Source: the human T2T-CHM13v2.0 reference genome, Homo sapiens. From it: DNA of 64,000 bases. Below, piece after piece: positions 16,001 to 28,795 of the stretch. The notes beneath the pieces are model-generated. The model made no database searches, was not told where the DNA came from, and saw nothing but the letters and a program-made list of their open reading frames with translations. Position 1 is the stretch's first letter. Each line of letters starts with the position of its first letter. The DNA is taken from assembly GCF_009914755.1 (NCBI RefSeq), contig NC_060929.1. One strand, written 5' to 3'. The position numbers were made by a program, and so were the translations under genes.

Positions 16001-16149
16001 CGAGGCGGAAACGGTCGCCGGTTTCAGTGGTGGCCCCACTGGAAGCCGAGTTCAGGAGCGGCTAAGCGGTCGCCGGGGAAAGCACCGGGGCTTCCCAGGG
16101 TCCCCTCCGAGTTCCCACTCCGCACCTCCGAGGGCGTGAAAACCACGGG

Positions 16150-16330
16150 AGCCGCCCCACCCCGCGCGCCCAGCCCCGCCCCAGCCCAGACACCGCCCCC
16201 CGCCAGTCTTCCCTGCGGCGCCCAGGGAGGACGCGCTCCGCCCCCTTCCAATCCGGCCAATGGGCGCCCGGGCAGCGCGCGGTTTGCCTCCGCCTCCGCC
16301 AGGGAAACTTGGAGGAGGAGAAAAGTTTGT
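16150..16330 (+). promoter_or_regulatory. PTGER4: TATA-less core promoter: multiple GC boxes (CCGCCC) and two CCAAT boxes (16248-52, 16257-61)
   Basis: Motifs read directly from the sequence, just upstream of exon 1. The exact TSS cannot be determined from sequence alone. Confidence 0.7.
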
Positions 16331-16894
16331 ACAGAGGGTGGAAAGGCGAGAGCGGAGCTCCAAGCCCGGCAGCCCGAGAGGAAGATGAACAGCCCCAGGC
16401 CAGAGCCTCTGGCAGAGTGGACCCCGAGCCGCCCCCAGGTAGCCAGGAGCGGCCTCAGCGGCAGCCGCAAACTCCAGTAGCCGCCCGTGCTGCCCGTGGC
16501 TGGGGCGGAGGGCAGCCAGAGCTGGGGACCAAGGCTCCGCGCCACCTGCGCGCACAGCCTCACACCTGAACGCTGTCCTCCCGCAGACGAGACCGGCGGG
16601 CACTGCAAAGCTGGGACTCGTCTTTGAAGGAAAAAAAATAGCGAGTAAGAAATCCAGCACCATTCTTCACTGACCCATCCCGCTGCACCTCTTGTTTCCC
16701 AAGTTTTTGAAAGCTGGCAACTCTGACCTCGGTGTCCAAAAATCGACAGCCACTGAGACCGGCTTTGAGAAGCCGAAGATTTGGCAGTTTCCAGACTGAG
16801 CAGGACAAGGTGAAAGCAGGTTGGAGGCGGGTCCAGGACATCTGAGGGCTGACCCTGGGGGCTCGTGAGGCTGCCACCGCTGCTGCCGCTACAG
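16330..16894 (+). other. PTGER4: PTGER4 exon 1 (5' UTR); start approximate
   Basis: Donor CAG|GTGAGA at 16894/16895 and acceptor ctctcttctaccatccccAG| at 17366 define a 472-bp intron ending 43 nt before the ATG, consistent with the described EP4 gene structure. Confidence 0.8.
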
Positions 16895-17409
16895 GTGAGA
16901 TGGCGTTGGGCTGACGTTGGGGTCAACGGGTAGAGAACGCAGGGATGCGGCCCTCGCCGAAGAGAGCCAAGAAGGGAAGAGCGCGCTCTCCAAATTGCTT
17001 TTGTAACTTGTTTTCAGTGAGCATTTTATTGATTCAGAATCTATCGAGAATAGCACTAGCGAGCTACTTTTCCCTTGAGATGGGTCTTATTCATCTTGGC
17101 AATGGAGTGAGTTGGATTGTGGGGAGGAAGAGGAATGGGAAAATCAGTTTATAAATATTAATGTCAGCAAGAGTGTGCTGTTGGCAGGACGTATCGCGAG
17201 CCTGGAGATTTTGGTGGCCGCAGTTGGTAAGTGGCTACAATCCAGAAAGTAGGATCGAGTTGCTCCCCTTGTCTTATCAGTGTATCGTTTCTCGGGCGCG
17301 GGTCTAACACCTTACAAGTGGTAATTTCCGCTCACGGCAGCTTTGTCTCTCTTCTACCATCCCCAGACCCAGCCTTGCACTCCAAGGCTGCGCACCGCCA
17401 GCCACTATC

Positions 17410-18276
17410 ATGTCCACTCCCGGGGTCAATTCGTCCGCCTCCTTGAGCCCCGACCGGCTGAACAGCCCAGTGACCATCCCGGCGGTGATGTTCATCTTCG
17501 GGGTGGTGGGCAACCTGGTGGCCATCGTGGTGCTGTGCAAGTCGCGCAAGGAGCAGAAGGAGACGACCTTCTACACGCTGGTATGTGGGCTGGCTGTCAC
17601 CGACCTGTTGGGCACTTTGTTGGTGAGCCCGGTGACCATCGCCACGTACATGAAGGGCCAATGGCCCGGGGGCCAGCCGCTGTGCGAGTACAGCACCTTC
17701 ATTCTGCTCTTCTTCAGCCTGTCCGGCCTCAGCATCATCTGCGCCATGAGTGTCGAGCGCTACCTGGCCATCAACCATGCCTATTTCTACAGCCACTACG
17801 TGGACAAGCGATTGGCGGGCCTCACGCTCTTTGCAGTCTATGCGTCCAACGTGCTCTTTTGCGCGCTGCCCAACATGGGTCTCGGTAGCTCGCGGCTGCA
17901 GTACCCAGACACCTGGTGCTTCATCGACTGGACCACCAACGTGACGGCGCACGCCGCCTACTCCTACATGTACGCGGGCTTCAGCTCCTTCCTCATTCTC
18001 GCCACCGTCCTCTGCAACGTGCTTGTGTGCGGCGCGCTGCTCCGCATGCACCGCCAGTTCATGCGCCGCACCTCGCTGGGCACCGAGCAGCACCACGCGG
18101 CCGCGGCCGCCTCGGTTGCCTCCCGGGGCCACCCCGCTGCCTCCCCAGCCTTGCCGCGCCTCAGCGACTTTCGGCGCCGCCGGAGCTTCCGCCGCATCGC
18201 GGGCGCCGAGATCCAGATGGTCATCTTACTCATTGCCACCTCCCTGGTGGTGCTCATCTGCTCCATCCCGCTCGTG
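17410..18276 (+). CDS. PTGER4: PTGER4 exon 2 CDS (aa 1-289, N-terminus to TM6) of prostaglandin E2 receptor EP4
   Basis: MSTPGVNSSASLSPDRLNSPVTIP..., with the MSVERY motif and the prostanoid ECL2 motif QYPDTWCF. Donor GTG|GTGAGT at 18276/18277, phase 0, at the end of TM6 as in other prostanoid receptor genes. Confidence 0.98.
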
Positions 18277-20536
18277 GTGAGTGACCGGGGCTGGGGCCCT
18301 ACTCGGCCTTTTTCTCGCATCCACCTCCCGCGTCCATTCCCCGCTCCCTGCTTTCCCTCTGAGTCCTTGGCAGTGAACGTGTCGCCTTTAGGTCGGGGCT
18401 GGGATTCCCACACTGTTTCTCAGAGCAGGCCCAACCCTCTTTGAAGTCCCAACCCTAACGAGATTTAGCAGGTGCTTTGCCCCTACATCCCCCAGTTTAT
18501 GTTCCCGGAAGCCTGGGTTTCTTTCTCCACCGAGACAGCCCTTACCCCTTGCTGCCTGACACTGGCCGAGTCTTCCAAGAAAACCCCCCGCCCCCTCTGT
18601 TAGACGTGGAGGGGAGCCTGCTGTAGTGTGACTTAGCCCATTCCTCCGTACTGTGAACTGTGAACTGCAAAACCTGAAATGTCAGGGATGGTGATCTGTT
18701 CGTTGTAAACCATTTTTAAGGAAAGTGGGGTTTTTGGTGTTTTGATGTATGCAAGGTTTCTTGAATTTCTTCCCCCGTGGATTGCGTAGAATTTTAAAGC
18801 TAGAAGAGATATCAAGAGGTGTTTTAGTCTAACTCCCTCACTTCACTGAGGGAGTGAATGATATGCTTAAAATAATCCAGCCGAACCTACACAGTCAAGC
18901 TAGGCTCCCTGCTCTTTACCATGGTGTGCCCTGGGAGGGCAGCTTAAAGCACACAAATTCTAATTCATATACAGGGCAGGGTCCAGACTCAGTTTCTTTC
19001 ATTCTGTCTAGACCAGGAAAGCAAAGTTTCTCAGGGTGACTAATTATGGACAGGCTGATATACATAGGGTATGGGATTTGAATTCTCGACAACTGTGCGA
19101 GGTACAGTACCATTTTAGAGAAACCGAGGTTTAGAGATGGCTGTCTTTGTTTCTTCAAGCCAAAGCTCTACAGCTTGTAATGGACCTTAGGCCGTCTGAG
19201 GCCAGACCCAGCTCATGTGTTATTACATCACGTCTCCCTCGTAGAACATTTCTCATTTTGGCGTTTGTAAAGCGTGGGTTGGAGTTTTGGTACACTTCAT
19301 TTTTAGTTCATCTTTTAAGAATTGCCTTTGGATTAACTTTTAAAATATGATAAACAGAAAGGCTCAAACCCTACCTAGTTTTCTACTTTGCCTGTGGCTA
19401 AAATGGAATGCACCAGAAGCAGATGGGCAGAATAATGCAATACTTTATCTAGAGTTTCTCTTGAAAGCAACTAGTTATGAGTTCTTCCATCTTCCAAAAC
19501 ACTGCATTCCTGGAAATTCTAAACTACCAACTCAAAAAGAGATAACTGCTTTTTCTTATGCTTGTTGGGAACAAGAGAATATAAAATGTAATGGGCTATT
19601 ATTCCTTCCTTTTCCTTATTGATACTGTCCAGGGATCTTTGGTGTAAAAATATATCTTTGATAAAAGTGACTGTAAATGGAAGGAACTTAGAGGGGGCTC
19701 AGAGCCAGAATACAGTAGGTTCTTACCAATTTGTATAAACAGAAGTAAATATAATAGGCCATAAGAGCCTTTAAGCCATTCCAGGACCCAATATAATTTA
19801 CAGAGTTAAGTCACACTTGAGCCACATAAATATATTTTACTGTCTGTAATGGCAACCTAGAATAAAGTGAGATTTTGGAAGAAACAACACTGCTCCTGAT
19901 GGGGCCCCTGTTCCTGGGCCTCTGCCTTGTGTTTTACAGAACAGTAAATGACAAAGTGAATGGTTGTTATTTTCAGAACATCCACTTAAAGGGACAGAGG
20001 AATTAGAGCTAGAAGGTTAGCAACATGCACATACTTTATAAATGTGTTTTGGTTGGAAGTAAGCATGTAAAGCTATGGATTTCTGCACAGCCACGGATGA
20101 ATTATTTTCTTCCAACATCTAGAGAGACATACAAGGCTTAATTCACCTCATAGGCTGAAGTGGTAGACCTGGACCTAAGATTCAGGGCCCTTACACAAAG
20201 CCTTGAAATTATTTGAGGACCTAGAGGCAAGAAATTATAGGAGCTGTATTTGTGGTTTGCAGATTAACCACATTTTAACTAACAAGAAATACTGTCCACC
20301 TGTATAATGTTAGTAACGTGTAGTAAATTTTAAGTAATCTTGACCTGAAAATTGAAACTAGCTCAATTAAGAAGTAATCCCATTAGTCAAGTATTTATAT
20401 AGCTTTGTGAGAAATAAGGAATCCTAAAATAGCAGTGGCATCAGTTTGTCGCCTTTAGTTTTGGCTACTAAAGTCTAATTTCAGAATCAGTTTAATTATA
20501 AATTAGTGATAAATGATGGGTTCATTATGCCACCCA

Positions 20537-20552
20537 CCCCCCCCCCCCCCCC
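20537..20552. repeat. Poly(C)16 run
   Basis: Mononucleotide run in PTGER4 intron 2. Confidence 0.9.
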
Positions 20553-23157
20553 ACAATTCAGCAATTACTGAAATAATCAAAAACCCTTCCGCAAATACAG
20601 TCTTCCTTGGCTTCCTTTTACAACTTTCTTTTTTCATGTTTTCATATTCATGTTGTAAATTAAGATTAAAGCTCAGAACTCTCTGACATTGAAAGCAGTT
20701 GAGCTTATCTTCAGTTCCAAAGAAACTAATGAAGCATCTAATTTTATCAAATCAAGTGGTTGCTAATCCCATTTAAGGAAAATCAAAGCGTTGGAATCAT
20801 TTTAAATGCTTTGGAAAGGCTAACAAAGCAAATGTAGTTTACTTGGAATTTCAGAAAGCTTGATATAATACCTAAGGAAAACAAGCAGCCACTGAAAAGC
20901 AGCCAAGGTTTTGCCTCCTGGACACCAGGGAAGAAAGAGCTACAGCTCTTAGAGGGGGGTTGGTATTGAGTTTAGTATAAAAAATAAATTCTAATTTGCT
21001 ATCCAAAATATACATATTTCATAAATAGAGTTAAGATTGGAGTGGAAATTTGAGAAAGGTTGGGAAATTAGTTGTGGATATAAGGAACTGTGCTGAACCT
21101 GCAGCATTCTTTGAACTGGGTCATAATTAATGATCAGAGAAGGTGTAAGTATGATCTACAAGGAACATCACATGACAAGATTTAGTGGGTAGGTGGTTCT
21201 TGTCATTTTGTCCATTCTTCTATTTATAACCAGTCTCATAGTTTTTTTAAATATAGGAGAATTTTGGAAGTGAGAACTTCTAAAATTTTGTGAGAACAAG
21301 AAGTGAGAGTCTACATTTAAGATAAACGAAAAGGATTGAATTCTTTAGAAATATGCAAGCAAGACAGCCTCCTAAGGTCCTGGTTTTAAATGCTGTAGCT
21401 TGATGAATTACTAGTGCCTAATTTTGCAGTTACTAATGAATATTAAGATGATTATTATAATCAAATATTTTGCCTTAGGGCTAAACAGTTACTATAGGGT
21501 TTCGAAGGTCATTTTCCCCCATACACAAGCAACCCAAGACTGTATTTATTGCTTACTTGTTTCTTTTATTTTTTAACTCTGAAGTAACAAATACTCATCT
21601 CAGCTAGGGGCAGAACAGCTAATTTGATTAATCTTCTGCCTTGGTGAGGTAAAACTTAGGTCCTTAGGAAAATACTTCCTGTGACTGTTTATTTGGTTCC
21701 TTACTATAAACTAGTTGTCTCTATAAAGCTTTCACCAGCATTTGATCAGCAAAAGTTTATAAGGACAGATAAAAACTTTGTAAATAGATATGCTTTTGTT
21801 TACTGTAGGCAAACTGGAAGTGGAGTCATAAAACAACTGATGGGATGTCAGATGAGTGTGAAGCACATCTATACATACAAGAGAAATGCCACAAATTTGG
21901 GTATGACTATGACAGAATCTAAAAGACTGGATTTGTTCAAATAAATTTGGCTAAGTTTAAAAAATTGCAATGCCTAGAAGGAAGTTTTAAATCATAACAT
22001 GCAATTGCAGACCCAGTAGTAGTAACCTGAAGACTATTGAGTAACATAAAAGTAAGTTATTTCCACATCTGGCATTTCATTTGAATCTTGAAAAGCTCTA
22101 AGGAGAAAGCAGGGCTGACCAGTATTTTCACTCTCTCTACACCTCAGTTTCCCAAGCTGCAAATGAAGAATTTATATCATTCTGCAACTTACAGGGTAGC
22201 TATAGGTGAGTCCTCGTCTAATGCTCATTTCACCATGCTTTCTTGACCTGTCAATTTGTTTGTATTGAATATCTCCTAACAAGATTTTTTTTCTCAGCCC
22301 TGACGTGATTCTTGTAGTCTCCTATCAGAATATTCAATGTGAGAGCTTTAAAAACAAACAAATAAAAAAAAACAGAAACTTTCAGTGTAGAGGTTGACCT
22401 ATAAAGCCTGTAGAGATTTAACTTGCCTTCTACAAATGGCCAGAAGAAGAACCAAGCTCTCCTACACACCACCCAGTCAATAATTATTTCCACTATTCTT
22501 TACTTGAAAAAAAGAAAGTGATAAGAACTTCTAGTAACAGCTGTGTCAATTTTGGACTCTTAACAAGGCAGTGGGATAACTGAGCCCATACAGATAATTC
22601 CTTTTATGTGCTTGGAACAGAACAAGTAGCACACACATTCAAATCCAGCTACAGATCTTGTCACTTATTGGAAAGCGTTACTGTTTTGACAGTCCATTAC
22701 TAAATCTAATCAAGAGTTCAACATTCTTTCTTCAACATTCCCTGCAAACAAATTATTAAGTAGGAAGTACATGTTTTTGATACCATATTATTAACTATAT
22801 CCCAAAGCTACCTCTAAGCTACAGTTTTCAAATTATTGATACCTTCCACACTGGGCAAGCTTCCACATATGGGTTGAAAGAAAAAGTAATGAGAGCCAAC
22901 ATATCTGTTATACGATAGGCACTGTACTAAGCACTTTAATAATTTGTACATACGTTATAAGGGCAGAGCCAGGATTTGAACAGAGGCTTGTTTGCTTCCA
23001 AAGCTTGGGCATTTATCTCTACAGCATATAGCCTCCTTACAGCTTTCTTGTCACCACATCTTCTTCTGAACTTATTGCATTTCCTCAAAGTTATGTTCCA
23101 CTGCTCCTGAGCCCTAATCTCTAATCATCCTAAAAAAAAGTGTGAATAACATAATTT

Positions 23158-23827
<670 letters not shown>

Positions 23828-25371
23828 TGAACTTGTTTAATTATGTAAAATATAGGGCCTGTTGGACAAGAATTCCGAAAAGTGCTTTCACCCCCTCACG
23901 AGACATTGAAGCACTACTCCGGATGTCCCCATCTCAACTGGGGTTGTCCCTGCCCTCTTGGAAACAGCAAATCAAGTAGCCTACTTAAAGTGAAGCAGAG
24001 GTTGCTCTATGTTTTCAAACATTGCAAGATGCGTGGAGTTTTTGTTTGTTTTGTCTTTTTTCTTTCCCTACTTGAAGTAAGTCTCAATTGAAATACGCTG
24101 CAAAGTAAAACTCATATTGATTCTTTTCAATCTAACCAACTTTTGAGGATGTTTTTACCTGAATTTGGACTTTTGCTTTTTAAACTCATACTTTTACTAC
24201 CCTGTGAACTCCCCTTTATTGAAAAGACATTGAATGACCAGGTTCAGTGGCTTGTACTAATTGTAAACTTTTCCTCCCCCATGGAAAACTTTAAAATAGA
24301 GCATACTTTTAATATAGCCTCCTTTCATTCCCTCCTATACTAGTCAAAATCCATTGCTGCTGTGGATGAGATGGGGCACAGAAATGATTCTTTCCTTGCC
24401 TCTCATCACCTTTGATTATGAAAACCTATTATTAATTGTTTTACAACATTCCAACCTTTCTAAAAGGCCACAGAAATTTTAAAATGCTAACTCCTAATGT
24501 ACTTCTTTGAATGGCTATAAATTCCATTTTAACTATTCAAAAATTTTCTTCCTTTCAGTAGTAGCCATGTTTCCTTTGAGGTTGTGGTAGGAGAAGCAAC
24601 CAGCAATAAAACATTTTCAGTGTCAAAAATCTCAGAAACGTCAGGTTCAGACTTAACCAAAATTCTGTTCTGCGAGTCTCGGAGATGGCTTTACACAGTG
24701 CTTGTTAGGGAGGTAGTATCAGAAACTCTCAAGTGGAGCAACACTGCCACCTGGAGGCTTGAAGGCTCAAGTTCGCATAAACCCGGCCGTAGGTCTTTTC
24801 CAGAGACCACACACAGGACTTGATACTAACAGATTTAACGCCATCATTTCTTCTACCCTTAGGAACATAGTATGTGATGTGAATAAAATATAGACCTCAT
24901 GCTTTTTACCAACAATTCCATTGTCAGGAAATAATAATTAAACAGAAAGCCAGACTGGTAGAACAGAAAAGGCAACATGGAGGTCCAGACCAGACTCTGC
25001 CACCAACAGGGTGGGGGACATCCTAAGTTCCTCAAAACCTCTGGGTCTCAGTAACAAATACCTCATCTGAGAAAAGGCCTGTAGAGTTGAGGGAACTGCT
25101 GAGTTTCCAGGCATAGCTGAAGACCTCAAAGCTTATGGAAGGAAGAAACCAAGATGCTTTATTTTACTTTCTGTAAAGATTTTTTTTTAAATCAAGTATG
25201 CTTTGCCTTGATACTATCATTTATCCCAGCGTAGTTTCTAAAAGTATTTCAAGAGGCGATATTACACACTGCTGTTCATTCTAGTTCATTCTTGATTTAG
25301 CTGTCTTCCATATATGAAGATATTAATTTCATCTTGGTTAGAGGCATGTCACTATTTTATTCTCTGAGATT

Positions 25372-25630
25372 TACAGGCCCATAATCCCATATCCAAAATA
25401 TTTACGGGCAGATGAGTTTCAGAATTCAGAATTTCTTGGCTTTTAGAAAAGTAATCAATAATATATTGCAAAATATGTAATATCCCCATCAGAACTGGAA
25501 CAGTAATCCTGGACCAGAACATAGGAATATTCACTCTAAGTGGAATAAATTGAACTAAATGGCTTCACAGTCTGTTCAGTTCAGTTTTGCTGCCAAAATA
25601 AGTTTAGGTCAGATTTTGCAATGAGTGTAA
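25372..25630. mobile_element. Tigger/MER46-like DNA transposon remnant
   Basis: tacaggcccataatcccatatccaaaata...gtttcagaattcagaattt resembles a TcMar-Tigger terminus; boundaries uncertain. Confidence 0.45.
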
Positions 25631-26474
25631 GTTCTCAAAACAAAACAAGTGAATAACAACAAAACAATAACAAAGGAAATGAACAAAAATCTTTTGAGAG
25701 AGGATCAGAGACCTATAGCTAATTAAGATCTAAATTCCAGTTAAGGAAGAAAAAGAAATGCAGTTCTACCTTACTGATCCAGTATCATCCAGGAGTAAGT
25801 TTAATATAAGCTTGATTTTGCAGATTAATGAAATGTATTTCTTCGAATATTTTAAAGATTCAAAGAATCTTTAAAGGAAGAAAAAAATAATTCTTCCTTC
25901 TTTTACCCAAATTTTACCCAAATTGTTGAAAATCTTTCTATAATATCCTGACCCAAATATTGTTACATCTAGTAAGTGCCAAAGGAACACATGCAAATGG
26001 TCAATGAATCGCCTTTTCCGTTGTGAACTGACTCAGCCTCAACTAAACTGTCCCTGTTCCAGGTGATTCATACACCATGAGTCATTCATTGTTACGCTGT
26101 ATATAGTAAGGCAGCAACATCCTCAAGTCTTGTTAGAGATATTTGCCCCTAGTTAAATGGCTCCAGCTATGCTTTTGTTAGTTCTTTCTCCTTTTTGTGG
26201 TTTTTATGTATCTTCCTTGACTGTGAGACTCAACCTCTTCTCCCTAACCTAAAATAATTACTAAAGGCAAGAAATAATTACTAAATAATTACTTAAGATA
26301 TATGGCAATTGTTTTTATTTCTATACTACTATTTCTATTTCTATTTCTATGTGAATTACCACTACTACTATTTCTATATTAATTACAGATGAGATTTTTA
26401 TATAAATGATCCCAGTGGAATTAGAAGTAATATCTAGGCAAAAAAAAATCATAATACTTTAAGAGTAAATTTGA

Positions 26475-26762
26475 GGCTGAACATGGTGGCTCACTCCTGT
26501 AATTTTAGCACTTTGGGAGACTGCAGCGGGCAGATCACTTGAGCTCAAGAGTTAGAGACCAGCCTGGGCAACATAGAAAGACCTCATCTCTACAAAAATA
26601 ATAACAGTTAGCCAGGCATGATGGCACACACCTGTAGTCCCAGCTACTCAGGAGGCTACAGCAGGAGGATTGCTGGAGCCTAGGGGGTCAAGGCTGCAGT
26701 GAGCAATGATTACACCACTGCACTCCAGCCTGGGCGACAGAGTGAGACCCTGTCTCAAAAAT
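26475..26762 (+). mobile_element. Alu (AluJ-like)
   Basis: Full sense dimer in intron 2. Confidence 0.93.
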
Positions 26763-27435
26763 ATATATACATGTACATTTAACAAATGCATTTTCCCCTA
26801 AGGATTAAAATGATCATGTAAGTTTACACAAATTCATGCTCCATTCGCTGAATCATTTGAAGTTCCCAGATGTTGACATATCATTTCATTCTTCCATGAC
26901 TTTGCACATGGAGCTACCTCTATTTGAAATGTGATGTCTTTCCTTCTAAATTTAGCAAATTCTCATTCATCCATTGTGATTACTATAACTGGGGAACAGA
27001 GTCATAGAGAAAATAAAAACTATTCTCTGGTCATTCTGGGTAACAGGAGATCCTGCTGTTGGTGTAAAACTTTTCAGCATATTCTTTCTAGACTAGAATA
27101 AAAGAATCTTGGCCTTATTCTGGTGATTAGATGGTTAATTGACTTATAAAATGAGTTTCCTTTAAATTATGTAAAATGACAGCTGGAATAAGAAATCAGT
27201 AGCTTTTGGGGGAAAAAAGTTACTTCATTAGAATTACAAAAACTTAAAAGCACTCACAGAAATGAAGTTAATAAAGTGCTTCTCAAGAACACTTTATACA
27301 TATGTGACCTGCACTCACATTGCATTTTTGTATACTGTCTTTGCTCTAGGGAAGATAATCATAAGATAGTTACAAAAATATTAAAGCTATACGAACTCAG
27401 AACATGTAATTGCATTTTTGCAGTGACTGGTTTTT

Positions 27436-28032
<597 letters not shown>

Positions 28033-28195
28033 CATGACTGGTTTTTCTGAGGCTTATTATGTAGCTTCCTCTTTTCCTGGAACTTGTTACCAGAAATGAA
28101 GGCAGCTTCCTAATATTGATAAGGTAGACATAGCATTTATATGTTTTCCCAATTGATTAATGATGAAATCTAAATGTGCGATCTCACTTATGCAG

Positions 28196-28795
28196 GTGCG
28201 AGTATTCGTCAACCAGTTATATCAGCCAAGTTTGGAGCGAGAAGTCAGTAAAAATCCAGATTTGCAGGCCATCCGAATTGCTTCTGTGAACCCCATCCTA
28301 GACCCCTGGATATATATCCTCCTGAGAAAGACAGTGCTCAGTAAAGCAATAGAGAAGATCAAATGCCTCTTCTGCCGCATTGGCGGGTCCCGCAGGGAGC
28401 GCTCCGGACAGCACTGCTCAGACAGTCAAAGGACATCTTCTGCCATGTCAGGCCACTCTCGCTCCTTCATCTCCCGGGAGCTGAAGGAGATCAGCAGTAC
28501 ATCTCAGACCCTCCTGCCAGACCTCTCACTGCCAGACCTCAGTGAAAATGGCCTTGGAGGCAGGAATTTGCTTCCAGGTGTGCCTGGCATGGGCCTGGCC
28601 CAGGAAGACACCACCTCACTGAGGACTTTGCGAATATCAGAGACCTCAGACTCTTCACAGGGTCAGGACTCAGAGAGTGTCTTACTGGTGGATGAGGCTG
28701 GTGGGAGCGGCAGGGCTGGGCCTGCCCCTAAGGGGAGCTCCCTGCAAGTCACATTTCCCAGTGAAACACTGAACTTATCAGAAAAATGTATATAA
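28196..28795 (+). CDS. PTGER4: PTGER4 exon 3 CDS (aa 290-488: ECL3, TM7, long C-tail)
   Basis: Acceptor atgcAG|GTG. The translation VRVFVNQLYQ...IRIASVNPILDPWIY...SEKCI* carries the prostanoid TM7 Arg and DPWIY motif. 289+199 = 488 aa, the length of human EP4. Confidence 0.98.
   Translation: MRVFVNQLYQPSLEREVSKNPDLQAIRIASVNPILDPWIYILLRKTVLSKAIEKIKCLFCRIGGSRRERSGQHCSDSQRTSSAMSGHSRSFISRELKEISSTSQTLLPDLSLPDLSENGLGGRNLLPGVPGMGLAQEDTTSLRTLRISETSDSSQGQDSESVLLVDEAGGSGRAGPAPKGSSLQVTFPSETLNLSEKCI

Larger units (their letters stand above)
15460..18340. promoter_or_regulatory. PTGER4: CpG island covering the PTGER4 promoter, exon 1, intron 1 and exon 2
   Basis: Sharp rise in GC content and CpG density against an AT-rich, CpG-poor background. 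Confidence 0.9.

Noticed and set aside
15493-16926. Several long ORFs on both strands (up to 300 aa) over the promoter and exon 1
   Set aside because: Stop-poor GC-rich CpG-island sequence giving Ala/Gly/Pro/Arg-rich translations with no recognisable domain
17332-18413. Antisense and alternate-frame ORFs (266, 181, 149 aa) over PTGER4 exon 2
   Set aside because: Expected shadow ORFs of a GC3-rich coding exon
26250-26385. Short direct repeats (AAATAATTACT x3; CTATTT runs)
   Set aside because: Ordinary AT-rich slippage duplications with no evidence of function
28160-28195. Apparent MMKSKCAISLMQ N-terminus of the 211-aa ORF
   Set aside because: Intronic sequence upstream of the exon 3 acceptor, not an independent gene
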